Assembly: GCF_016432865.1 (NCBI RefSeq) | Contig: NC_067400.1 | Span: 616,900,001 to 616,947,131 of the forward strand | Length of the DNA stretch: 47,131 nt | DNA from: Antechinus flavipes | Lineage: Eukaryota | Direction: 5' to 3' | Shown here: piece after piece, positions 16,050 to 27,789 of the stretch | How the letters are laid out: every line of letters begins with the position of its first letter | Position numbering within the stretch: position 1 is the first letter of the stretch | Program-made: the position numbers and the translations under genes | Notes under the pieces: model-generated | What the model was told of the DNA's origin: nothing | Seen by the model: the letters and a program-made list of their open reading frames with translations, nothing else | The model's database searches: none

Positions 16050-16820
16050 CAGCTTAGAACATAGAATGTTAGAACATTTTCTCTCTGGAAGCGAGCTTAG
16101 TGCATCATATGTTAGAACATGTCCCTGCTGGAAGGAGACTTAGAACATATTTTAGAGCAAGTCCCTTCTGGAAGTAAGCTTAGTACACCGAGTATTAGAA
16201 CGTGTCCCAGTTGGAAAGAAGTTAGAACCCATCCCACTAGGATGTTAGGATGTGTCCAAGCTGAAAGGGACTTTTGAACTTAGGAAGGAGAACATAGAAC
16301 ATGTCCCAGCTGGAAGGAAGCTTAGAATTTCGGTCATTAGAACAACTGTGTGGGGGAGTCAGAACATGCCCCAACTGGGAGTTTGGTATAGTGGCTGTTA
16401 GAACATGCCCTTGTTGGAAAGGTGTTGGAACATATGCTCATGAAGGGTTTAGAACGTAGGGTGTTAGAACATGCCCTAGCTGGAAGGAAGCTTAGAACAC
16501 AGGATCTTAGAACATGTCCTAGTTGTAAGGAAGTTAGAACGTGTCCCAGCTGGAAGTTTGGTGCACTGGATGTTTGAACGTGTTCCAGCTGGAAGGAATT
16601 TTATGACACAAGATATGTCCCAACTGGAACAGAGTTTAGAACACAGGATATTAGAACATGTCTGAGCTGGAAAAGGGTTAGAACACATCCCAGCTGGGAG
16701 TTTGAACATAGGAGGATAGAAGGTGTTCCAGCTAGAAGGAGCTGTGACTCATAGAATGGTAACACATAAAATCTTAGAGGCAAGCGGGAACTTAGAACAT
16801 TAACTATTAGTCCTAGAACC
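16050..16820. repeat. Degenerate roughly 35-45 bp repeat array (TTAGAACATGTCCCAGCTGGAAGG-type), PPP1R13L intron 1
   Basis: Recurrent TTAGAAC and CTGGAAG motifs. Confidence 0.85.
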
Positions 16821-18465
16821 TTCAAGGCCATCGGATCAGTCCATCTTTTCCAGAGGGAGGAACTTGGGCTTGTAGAAAGGGTCCGTCTCAAGGTTATAGA
16901 GCCAGTTTGGGGTAGAGCCGGGGCTAAAACAGATTTCCTGCCCCTGGCATTGTGGGTGGGGGAAGGGAAAGGAGCCTGCCCCTTGCTCCCAAAGTTAAAG
17001 GCAGTTGGTTTGGGTGCCCCTTCCGGGTCCCCCTTCTGACATCTGGAGCAAGGATGACGGGGAAGCGTTTGGGAGTGAGTTGTGTCTGATCTGGCAGGGA
17101 GGGTGGCAGGGTGCAATCCGGGGAGGACAGGACCTGGCTGGGCGCCTCCCCCGCCTCACCTGCTCTTCCCTGGGGGAGGAAAAGGACTTGCTGGGACTGG
17201 CCTGCCACATACCAGAGGCCTGAGCTCACCGGCTGGGCGGGTGGGAGGCTGGCTGCATCCCATCCCCTTCCAAGCCCACAGTGCCTCCCTCTTCCATCCA
17301 CCGGGACGCGTGTGGGAGGAAAGGGCCACTCTGCCCTCCTCTAGCCCCCCAGCCCTGCCGGGAAAGGCGGGGAGCCGGAGCGGGCAGCTTCTGGCTCTCC
17401 TGTTCCAGCTGGGCCAGATGTTGGGGTTCCGGTACTCGGCTTTCCGCGCCCTTTGCCGTCCGTCCCTCATACAGCCCCGGGGCTGACACGAGGATTTGGG
17501 GGATTCGATTCTTGGAACCCGGACGGCGGAACGCCGAAGCTAGGAGGGCTCCCAGACGGAGGCACCCCACCCCCGCCCCGCCCCATAGAGCCCACGAGGG
17601 AGCGAGCGTGGGGAGGATGTTCTTTGGCTCACACCTTAGAGCGTCTTTTCTCACGCTCCCTCCCGTCTGCCAGGAGGATCAGAACAGGTTGACCGCCTGC
17701 CCAGAGTCCCGCCCCTCCCTCCCGCGGTCAGGGTGGGGCCCCCTCCGCCCCAGCCGGGGTTCCGAAGTGCCGAGGCGGTGGCTCCTCCCCGAGGCGGCTG
17801 CGTGGGCCGCAGGAAGACACCTCCTGTCCCGGCCCCGCCCCCGCCCTGCAGGGGGCGGGGCCGGCTGACCCGAGGGGCTGCCTTAGCCCAACCGGTTCTA
17901 ATCTCCAGCCACTACGCCCTTGCCTCCGCCCAGCCTTCTCCACGCCTTCCCTCCGTGCCCCCTCTCAGTCCTAAATCCTCCATTCCCTCTGAACCCCCCT
18001 CCCCCCGCCCCGGAGTCTTAGCCCCCAACTCTCGAGAGCCTCTCCGAGCCCGCTCTGCTGAGGAGCTCCGCTGGGCCCCGGACCCAGTCTCTGCGGCTCA
18101 GAGTCAGCCTGGAGCCCGCTCCCTGCGGCCCGGGATCTAGCCTCCGGGGCGGGGTCCTGGGTTCGAATCTTGCCCCTGACATCGGACTCCCTCCGAGGTC
18201 CCGTCCAGTTCCAGAGCTGGGACCCTAAGAGACTCCGTTGTGGGACGGGGCCTCGACTTCCTCCTCAGTAAAATGAGGCTACTAATAACCCCGCGAGCCT
18301 CGGGGGCTGGTGCTGGGGCCGAGGGACGGGGAGTCCCCTGTCATTATCTGCCTCCTGGCCCCGGGAGATCCTGCTTCCCGGCCCCTAGAGCCCCTCCCCG
18401 CGCGGGGCAGCCGGGGCTCAGCGGCCTTTCTCCTTCCCGCAGGCGCGCCCCCCAGCCCGGGCACC

Positions 18466-21400
18466 ATGGACAGCGAGGCCTTTGAGAGCGCCGCGCGGGA
18501 GCTTCTGGACCTGAACTTCCAATGTGAGGGAGGGCTCTGGGGGGGCGGGGCTGCTCCGGACGGGGGCGGGGCTCCCTGGAGCCTCACTCCCGCCCTCCCC
18601 ACAGCCTTGGCCATGAAGCACATCGACCTGAAGCAGATGGAGCTGGACACCGCGGCGGCCAAGGTGGACGAGCTGACGAAGCAGCTGGAGTCGCTTTGGT
18701 CCGACTCGCCGGCCCCCGCCACCCCTCCCCCACAGGCCAGCGCTTCGGCCAGGGTGAGCCCCTCCCGCGGCCTCATTCCCTTCCCCCAGGCAGGGCCCGA
18801 ACAGCCTCCCCCTCCCCAACCTCCCCCTCTCCCCAGCTCCCAGCTCCGCCCAGTCTCCCCTCTCTCCAGCCTCCCCTCTCCCCAGCCTCCCCTCTCCCCA
18901 GCTCCCAGCTCCGCCCAGTCTCCCCTCTCTCCAGCCTCCCCTCTCCCCAGCCTCCCCTCTCCCCAGCCTCCCCTCTCCCCAGCCTTCCCCTCTCCCCAGC
19001 CTCCCCTCTCCCCAGCCCCCCCTCTCCCCAGCCTCCCCCTCCCCAGCCTCCCCCTCCCCAGCCTTCCCCTCTCCCCAGCCTTCCCCTCTCCCCAGCCTTC
19101 CCCTCTCCCCAGCCCCCCCTCTCCCCAGCCTCCCCTCTCCCCAGCCTCCCCCTCCCCAGCCTTCCCCTCTCCCCAACCTTCCCCTCTCCCTCTCCCCAGC
19201 CTCCCCCTCCCCAGCCTCCCCTCTCCCCAGCCTCCCCTCTCCCCAGTCTCCCCCTCCCCAGCCTCCCCTCTCCCCAGCCTCCAGCTCCAGAAGCCCATCT
19301 CATCCCCCTTCAGCCTTCTGGTTGCTCTCCGTGGGGCTTTATCCCTGCTCTTCACAAAACGCCCCCGTTGCACACAGTCCTCCTGCTGGGGGGCAGTCAG
19401 AACTCTGCTGTTCCCGTCCCTGGGACTGCCCATGATCCCCTTTGGGCTTTTCCTAGCAAAGACACTGGAGTAGTTTCTCATCTCCCTCCCTGCTCAGTTG
19501 AGGGAAACTCAGACTGACGGGATGAAGCAATTGGCCTGGGACCACCTGGCTGGGAAGTGTCCAAGGCTGGGTGTGACTTTCCTAACTCGGGCCAGAGCTC
19601 TATCCACCGGGCCACCAGTCGGGGCAGAGCTCGGCAGGATCGGCTTTTCGGCCCTGGAGATGCTCTAGCCTATGGTCCCATTGGCTCGGGGGCTGCCTGG
19701 GACTCAGTTGACCCATATTAACAAGTCCATTAAAAAACCAAGCCTGGCACTGGCAAGTGCTTATTAAAGGATGACTCCGTCTCGGCCGCTTTACGCATCT
19801 CCCCGTGCTATTTTAAGCTATGGGCTGACCACACCTTCCCCTTCTTGTACTTGCCATATTCCGTCTTTGCCCAAGTACCAAGAATTGACATTTACCCAGA
19901 CGCTAATGAGATTTGACCCTTCGCCAGAGCCAGACAAGAGGCTTTTGCTCTCGACTGTGTCGCCCAACGTATTATCTGGACTCCCCAGCTTTTTGTCAGC
20001 TGTTAAATTCAACAAACATTTTTGTCCTTCTTTAAGTCGCTGGGTGTGAAACAAGGGGGCACTGGCTGGGGACCGCCTGCCTTCTGAGTTGTTGGGAATG
20101 ACCCCTTTTAGAGGCTGGCCATGGAACTGGCCCCGCCTCTGCCCCCAGCTTGGAGGGATCAAGCCCTCACCTCTCTTATCTGTGCCACAAGAATGGCACG
20201 AGACACTGTCAGATGCTGGGTCTGCTTATGTTTATAGTCCCCCCCCTCCCCTCCTCCCGATATGCCAGTCTACTAATCCTGTACTTGGGGGGGGGGAAAG
20301 GTTCATCCGGCTGGAGGAACAGCCTTCCTTTTCTGAATCCACTAAGCAGCTATTTAATAATAGATTACAGAATATGTTCTTCCCATAGTCCTTCGGTTTT
20401 CTTTCTTTGGGTCTCCCCCCAAGACTCTGGCCCCTTCCTCCCGAACCCACTCATACTTCCTCCCACTGACTGGGTATTTCTCCTCCTTCCTTCCCTCCAG
20501 ATGACCAGATACAGCTCCAGTCCCACTCCTGACCATTTTAGCCGTACCTCTTCGCCCCGGAAGGTGGCGGACAGTGGGGATGCTACCTATGTCCGCTCGG
20601 AGAACTCCCCTGTCTTGCTCCCATATAGCCCCCTGTCCCCCAAAGGGCGCCCAGCCTCCCCCCGCACCCCCCTCTACCTGTCTCCAGAGTCATACTCGCC
20701 ACTGGAACGGGCCCCCTCCCCGCGGCCCAAAACTATGACCTACGAAGCTGTGGTTAGCTCACTGGGCCGGGCCCCGTCCCCTCGGCCTGGCTCTGGCCCC
20801 CTCCGTCCCACGGGGCCCCCTCCACAATACGACTTCATCACGGGGGGACGGGCTGGCTCCCCTCGGGGGGACGGCGCTCAGGCTTTCTTTCCTGACCACC
20901 GGGGACCTTCGCCCCGCTTGGGCCTTCCTGCCACTTTCGAGGGCTCCACTCTCTTCGGGAGTCCTCCCCCAGGTGTTGGGGGCAGTGCTTTCGCGCCACT
21001 CCGGGCACAAGGTGAGAGACTGGAGGAGGCAGCTTGGGAGGGGCTGTAAGGCGGGCACAGGCGCCTTGGGTGGTTATGGTGCAAGGAGGAGCCGGGCCCC
21101 GGGGAGGACTCCTGCAGGATGGACGGAGCATCATAGGGAGGGCGTAGAATCTTGTGGGACATGGATCAAACTCCCCTGCCCCCTGCAGATGACCTGACCC
21201 TCCGCCGGCGTCCCCCTAAGAGCTGGAACGAGTCAGACTTGGACGTGGCCTATGAGAAGAAGCCATCGTCGCAGAGCTCCAGCTATGATCGTGAGCTGGG
21301 CCGGGGAGGGGGAGCGAGGAAAGCGCTCGGCGGCGGTGGGGCCCCCCTCCTCTGTTCGGTCCGTAATCCTATTCCTTCCCCCACAGGTCTGGACGTCTTC

Positions 21401-24400
21401 GGGGGCCTTCGTCCGTCCTCCCCCTCCTTGCAGCTGTTACCCTGGCGGGAGAGCAGTTTAGACGGCTTGGGTGGTCCAGGCAAGGTGAGGGGGCCGCGTT
21501 TCCAGGCCGAGGCTTCCTGTCCATAAAGAGCACAAGACCCAGGCACATTGGGGGCGGGAAGGGTTCTTAGGGGTCTCATCGAACAAATGAGGACTCTGAG
21601 ACCCAGAGAGGAGAAGTGAGAAGTGGGAAGTCACCTTGTCTCTCTGCCCCCCCTTCAGGACGGTCTCACCAGCTCCACTCTGCCCCGGAATTACAAAGTC
21701 TCTCCGCTGGCCAGTGACCGGCGGACAGAAGTTGGGGGATATCGTCGCTCTCTGGGCTCGGGAGTCCCTGGCACCCTTCCTCGAAGCTGGCAGCCGGCCA
21801 GCCGCATCGCCATGCCCCCGACCACCCCCCAGGCCCGCGGGGCCCCCCGCCAGCGCCCCATCCCCCTCTCCATGATATTCAAGTTGCAGAATGCCTTCTG
21901 GGAGTATGGGGCAGCCAAAGCCGGGCCTCCAGGCTCGCCCATCATCACACGGGCTCCCCTCCCCAAGCTGAGCCCCCAAGTCCCAGGCCCAGCCCCACAG
22001 AGCCCCCTCCTAGCCCCTCAGAGCCCAGTCCCAGCCCCACAGACCCCAGCCCAGCCTCCAGCCACTCAGCTTGTGTCACCTGCCCGGCCTCTCGGAGGCG
22101 AAGGTGAGTGGGAAATTGGGGTTCCCGGAGGCAGGGAGGAGAAGACATTGCGCTTCCCTCCTCCTCCGGTTTAAAGTTCTGAGTGAAAGGGCCCATTATC
22201 TGCCAAGTGACCAGAGTCACCTCCGGCCCCCTCTTTCGAGGGAGATGAAATTGTGTCCCCGCCCCATCCCCCCACAGCTCCCACTCATGAGCCACAGGAA
22301 GCTTTTCTCTATTCTCCCAAGTCCCCGTTTTTCAAGCTCCAAATGCAAGCGTGTCTCCGGCGCAGAGGGGCCGGGGTGGGGGCGGAGGGGGCTCAGATTG
22401 GGCACAGACGCCCAAGATCTCGGGCAGGTCGGTCTCAGCACTTGGGCAGGAGCCAGGGCAAGGAGAAGGGACTCGGGGAACCGCAGGATTATGGAGCGCT
22501 GCAAAATCAGGACTGGGAATGAGCAGAAGGGGGAGTCCCCATCATGACTGCTGCTCTTCTGCTCTCTTCCTAGGTCCCCCAAAGCCCCCTGAAGAGCCCG
22601 AGCCCGAGCCAGAGCTGGAGGGGCTGCTGGCCCCGGCACTGGAGGTCGTGGAGACCGAGGAGGGGGCCGTGCCTCGGCCGCTGAGTCCCACGCGGCTACA
22701 GCCGGCGCTGCCCCCGGAGGCGCAGACGGTGCCCGAGCTGGAGGAGGTGGCCCGCGTGCTGGCAGAGATACCCCGGCCCCTGAAACGCCGAGGCTCTATG
22801 GAGCAGAGCCCCGGCCCCGTCCTGCCCCCCACGCACAAGAAACAGTACCAGCAAATCATCAACCGCCTGTTCCACCGGCACGGCGGCGGCAGCGGCGGCA
22901 GCGGGCCTCCCCGCGATGGTGGCGGCGGGCCCGGTGGGCCTGAACCTGAGCTGCCTTCCATCACCGAGGGCTCTGACACAAGGGCGGGGCCCCCTGCCCC
23001 AGCCCCCCCGGCTCCCACCCTGGCCCCGAGCCTGCCTGACCCCCCGCCCCCTCAGAGCACAGTGAGTAATGGAGAGCTTCCGTTCCCCTTCTTCCTCCTT
23101 CCTCCTTCCTCCCGGGTCAAGCCCCTCCTCTCTTTGTCTTTATTCTGAACCACAGAATCTTAGAACCATTGTGGAACATGACATCTTAGAGCCAGCATAA
23201 CATACAAGAACCACAGATCCACAGGGCTACCATGGCATCTAGAATCAAAAGTCTCAGAGCCACAAAACACGCTTAGAATCTTGATAGGACTCTAGAACTG
23301 TGGAATCTAGAACCATAGAATCCTAGGTTCTTAGAACCATAATATAATTTAAAGATAATGCTAGAGTCTAGATCCATAGATTTGGAGCTTTTGGTAATCT
23401 CGGAAGCATCACTGGATCTTTGTGCTACCATGACATCCAGAGCAATGGAATACAGCACCGTTGTGGACTCTTAGAACTACCGCTGAGCCTCAGAATTGCC
23501 ATAGTATCTGGAACTGCAGAATCTTGAGCCGTAGGTTCTGAAAGCTAATATGGTGTTAGAATAATCACAGAATCTTAGAGCTAACCTAAAATCTAAAACT
23601 GTAGAATTATAGAGTTATCAAAGACCTTCTTCGACTCCTCACAGATTCAAGAATCATAGACTCCCAGATCCAATAGATTCTTAGAACTATCCTAGCACTT
23701 TAGAATGACAACAGAATCTAGAACATGGGTAACATAGATACAAGAACCATAAAACCGTAGAACTTTCATAGTCCTACTGAAGAAACTCGGTCATGGGACA
23801 TTTTCAGAGCTTTCATAGACTCATAGAAGTATCGTGGAACCTAGAACCATAGAATGTAGTGTTCTGGCTAGTTCTCTGGAGGTCTCTGTACCAGCCTTCT
23901 TTTCAGCAGAGTAATCACCAGGAGAATAGCCAGGGATAAAGTTCTTTATTGTCTCCTTGCCTTGGACCTGGCTTTCTGGAAGCCCTGACGGGCCTTAATC
24001 TCAGTGGGGGAAGTGGGAGGACAGACCGGCCACCACGGTGGCGGGAGATGGAGCTAATGTCCCTTCTCCAGTCCTTGTTGGCTCTTTTATGTTCTGTTAT
24101 AATTATATCATTGTAGGTGTGAATTATGTAGAACTACATCAAGTACTAAGTACCTGTACTGAACTAGAAAACAGCACATGCTAAACTAGACAACTAGAGA
24201 ACAGCACATGCTAAACTAGACAACCATTGCCTTAGCAATTCCTCTGAGTTAACACCTTGTTGTAAGAACTTCTCCAGAGTTCTGGCCCATTAAATAGAAC
24301 CCCGATCCAGCAGATTGTTAGAGTAAGAAAAGCATTTTGAAAAGCTGGCAGAATCTAGAATTTAAAGATATCAAAAATTCTTAGTCATCCCAGAATGTTA

Positions 24401-26331
24401 GCTTAGCTATAGCATTTGGATCAATAGAATCTAGAACAAATGAATCAGAACTTTTGTGGTGTCTAGAACTTAGAACACAGAAGCTTAGAAGTATCATAAA
24501 CTCTTAGAATTGAACATCATCAGAATTATCTTCAAGTGTTGGAATTGGGAAAGATTTTGAGAACCATTGTGGAATTGTGGAACATCTGAGGCTTTTGGAA
24601 GCATAGAGGAACCTTAGAACCATTGCTGAATTTTGGAATCGTGGTATTTTGACATCATCATAGAATTTGGGCACTCTGGCTCTTTACAACCATGGATTCT
24701 TGGGACCATAGGAGCTTAGAACTATCCTATTGTGTAGAACCACAGAATCCTGATTCTCCTGATTCTTAAAACCATCATAGACTCTTAGACTTACATCAGC
24801 TTAGAATTATTCTCAAGACTTTGGGAATCAAGACTCTAGATACTAAATAACCTTAGAACCGTTGCTGAGTCTTGGAGTCATGGAGTCATCCTAGAATGTT
24901 GGCCCTCTGGCTCCTTTCCCCCATGGATTCTTGGGAACAGACTCTCAGGACCACCCTAGAACCCTGGCGAGCTAGAACTTAGAACCATTCTACCACTGGG
25001 GGTGTCGCGACCCTTATTGAACCTTAGAACCGCACTCCCAGAATCCTGGTCTCTCGGAGCTGGAAGGGCCCTTACAAGCTGCCCGGTTGTAGTCCCTGAC
25101 CCCAGAGAGCGGAAAGGGGCAGAGCTGGGCTTCAAGCTCAGGCCCCGAAGGGGGAGGGGGCATTTCTCCCAGCGGGTGGTGGAGGGGCGCCCGGGGCCGC
25201 TTTTGACACGGCTTCCTTTGCCCCCAGGAGATGCGCTCGGTGCTCCGGAAGGGGGGCTCCCCCCGCAAGGCTCGCCGGGCCCGCCTGAACCCCCTGGTGT
25301 TGCTGCTGGACGCGGCCCTGACCGGAGAGCTGGACGTGGTGCAGCAGGCGGTGAAGGAGGTGAGGGGCCGGCCGGTGGGGGGCTGCCGCTGGGCCCCGGG
25401 GGCTCTGCCAAGGCTGACCGGGCCCTTGTTCTCCCCGCCCTGCAGATAAATGACCCCAGCCAGCCCAACGAGGAGGGCATCACGGCCTTGCACAACGCCA
25501 TCTGCGGCGCCAACTACGCCATCGTGGACTTCCTCATTGGGACCGGGGCCAACGTTAACTCCCCGGACAGCCACGGCTGGTGAGACAGGGCGGGGTCGCG
25601 GAGCCCCCCGGGGGTTGGGACACGGTGGGGGTGGGGAGCTCGGCGGTCCCGGCCCCCACGGTCACCCCCTGCCCCTTCGCAGGACGCCCTTACACTGCGC
25701 GGCCTCCTGCAATGACACGGCCATCTGCACGGCCCTGGTGCAGCACGGGGCCGCCATCTTTGCCACAACTCTGAGCGACGGCGCCATGGCCATCGAGAAG
25801 TGCGACCCCTACCGGGAGGGCTACGCGGACTGCGCCACCTACCTGGCAGGTGAGGGGCGGGCAGGGGCGGGACGTGTCCTGGGGGGCTGATGTAGCGGGG
25901 CCCCGCCCTCCTCCTCACCCTGACTCGGGCTCTGTGCCTCAGAGGCCGAGCAGAGCATGGGCCACTTGCACGGAGGCGCCGTCTACGCGCTCTGGGACTA
26001 CAGCTCCGAGTTCGGGGACGAGCTCTCCTTCCGGGAGGGCGAGCCCGTGACTGTCCTGCGCCGCGACGGCCCCGAGGAGACCGACTGGTGGTGGGCGACC
26101 CTGCGGGGCCAGGAGGGATACGTGCCCAGGAACTACTTTGGGGTGAGAAGCGGCGGGGGCTGCCCGGGGGGATCAATGCGGGGCTCCTCGTTGGGCAGCG
26201 GCCCGGGAGGTTCTTGGGGGAGGAGACATTCCCCGCAGAGGCCGGTCCGCACAGGGAAGGGGCTCGGGGCTCACGGGGCCTTTGTCTTCCAGCTGTTCCC
26301 CAGAGTGAAGCCCCAGCGCGGCAAGGTTTAG
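18466..26331 (+). CDS. PPP1R13L: PPP1R13L (iASPP/RAI), RelA-associated inhibitor, 12 coding exons, 840 aa
   Basis: join(18466-18523,18605-18753,20501-21011,21189-21290,21387-21484,21659-22103,22574-23061,25228-25359,25446-25579,25683-25849,25943-26142,26293-26331)=2523 nt. Kozak GCACCATGG; MDSEAF...[27 protein letters not shown]; RARL PP1-binding motif; ankyrin repeats ([21 protein letters not shown]); SH3 (ALWDY...WWW...GYVPRNYFG). Confidence 0.97.
18803..19290. repeat. 16-bp C-rich minisatellite, about 28-30 copies, PPP1R13L intron after coding exon 2
   Basis: CCCAGCCTCCCCTCTC and variants. Confidence 0.95.
19425..19616 (-). mobile_element. Degenerate Mar1-like SINE
   Basis: ATGATCCCCTTTGGGCTTTTCCTAGCAAAGACACTGGAGTAGTTT...GCTCTATCCAC; same family as 25-245. 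Confidence 0.6.
23140..25030. repeat. Degenerate AT-rich TAGAA/TTAGAACCAT low-complexity array, PPP1R13L intron 7 (split by the LTR)
   Basis: Dozens of (C/T)TAGAA(C/T) motifs; internal duplication of about 90 bp at 24610-24705 and 24849-24935. Confidence 0.8.
23855..24294 (-). mobile_element. Solo ERV LTR in PPP1R13L intron 7
   Basis: Minus strand ends ...GCCAGAACACTACA and begins T(T/G)TAATGGGCCAGAAC. Minus-strand TATA-like ATAAAAG (24084-24090) precedes AATAAA (23945-23950). Flanked by (A)TAGAA direct repeats at 23849-23854 and 24294-24299. Internal 30-bp tandem duplication at 24162-24221. Confidence 0.7.
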
Positions 26332-26764
26332 GACCCCGACCACGTGCCAGGAGGAACCGATGCTGAGATGAGGAGCGAGGCGGGGTTTCTCCCCGCTTCC
26401 TGCCAGTGGCCCGGGGAGGGGGACGAATTTGGATCCTGCCTTTGAGAGGGGAAGGGGCTCCCCAGATCCGGCCCCGAGACCTCCGTCCCCCTCAGCCTCC
26501 AGCCACACGCCCAGAGCACCAGCACCAGCACGGGGCTGACAGGGCTGCGCCAGGTCAATCAGCTCCGCCCCAGCTTCCCCAGCCCCCTCGACCCCCCAAG
26601 TAAAGGTTCCCTCCCCCATGCACACGGCACCAGCCTCGAATGAACTCTGACCTATGCTGTCCTCCCTCCCCTCCTCACCAGCAGCCTGGGGGCTGGGGCA
26701 CCATAAACCTGCTCCCTCAGTCCCCCCAAGCCAAGTGCCTCAAGTCTTGAACGAGTTGTTTGTA

Positions 26765-26783
26765 ATTAAATAGGAAAAATAAA
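26765..26783 (+). terminator. PPP1R13L poly(A) signals (ATTAAA 26765-26770, AATAAA 26778-26783)
   Basis: Tandem hexamers about 440 nt after the stop, followed by U-rich sequence. A distal AATAAA is at 27380-27385. Confidence 0.75.
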
Positions 26784-27701
26784 CCTACTTTCTAATGAAA
26801 GCTCCTGCCCTCCTGGTGCCTGCGGACCCTCTCCCGGCATCCCCCTCCCTCTGGTCCGCCTGCTCCTTCCCACTGGTCTCCCTGTCTCCCTCCAGCCCAG
26901 GGGGGCCCTGGGGGACGCGGAGCTGCTGCGCGGAGGGGTTTCTCGGGGCGGGCCCGTGGCTGCTCCTGGGCCCGGGGGTGGGGTGGGTGGGGAGACTCCC
27001 AGAGGGAGGGAGCCGCAAACACCGGCTTCGGCGAGAGCCCGCGAGGGAGACGAGATGGCGCCTCTGGGAGGGAACCAGAGCCGGGCCCAAACCCGGCTGC
27101 TTGTGTTGGGAGAGACTCCCCCTGAAGTTAGAGAGCGGAGGCAGGGCGCTGGGTCCCAGGCTCCCCTGGCGGTGCCAGCCGGAGGCAGGAGGACCGGCTT
27201 CTAGTCCCAGCCCTGACGCGCCACCCCGGCAGCGCACGCTGACCTCATAGCCTTTCATTTTCAGACATGCGCAAAGAGCTCCCAGCATTCGCCCCGAAAT
27301 CCCGTGTTCCACAATTTTTCTCCCCCCTTCCCCCAGACAGCGAGGAACCAATATAGGTGAAACACAAATGTGATTTTTTAATAAATACTCCCACAATTAT
27401 CAGGCCGCACACACACACAAATCACCAAAAACGGAAAAAAAAACAACAAAAAAGGTTCGGATGCTGTGGTGGTCCCCACTTGTCCCCACAGGCCTCCCTG
27501 TGCGGGAATGGCGCTCTCCCTCCCAGGGCTGGTGGAGAGCACCTCTGTTGGAAAGAGCCACAGCGGCTTCTTTTTTGGCTCTGCCCTTCCCAGAAACCCC
27601 TTTCCGGCCCATTTGGTCCCTGGCTCGTGGAGCCAAACCTGGAGGGAGGGGGCGGCTAGAGGAGGCAGGAAAGGGCGGGAAGAGCCAAATGAGCTGCGCC
27701 A

Positions 27702-27789
27702 TTGTCCCCGGTGTGGGGGGGCGTCTCCTCCCCCCTCCTTGTCCCCGGTGGGGGGGCGTCTCCTCCCCCCTCCTTGTCCCCGGTGGGGC
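27702..27789. repeat. About 35-bp tandem repeat x2.5
   Basis: TTGTCCCCGGTGGGGGGGCGTCTCCTCCCCCCTCC. Confidence 0.85.

Noticed and set aside
20150-20500. Upstream extension of the 299-aa ORF as an alternative iASPP start
   Set aside because: A strong acceptor at 20500 defines the real exon; the upstream part has no iASPP-like sequence.
23140-25030. Heat-shock elements in GAA-rich arrays
   Set aside because: Motifs are mostly direct TAGAA repeats. I found no properly spaced three-unit nGAAnnTTCnnGAAn, only isolated two-unit TTCTAGAA (e.g. near 42195).
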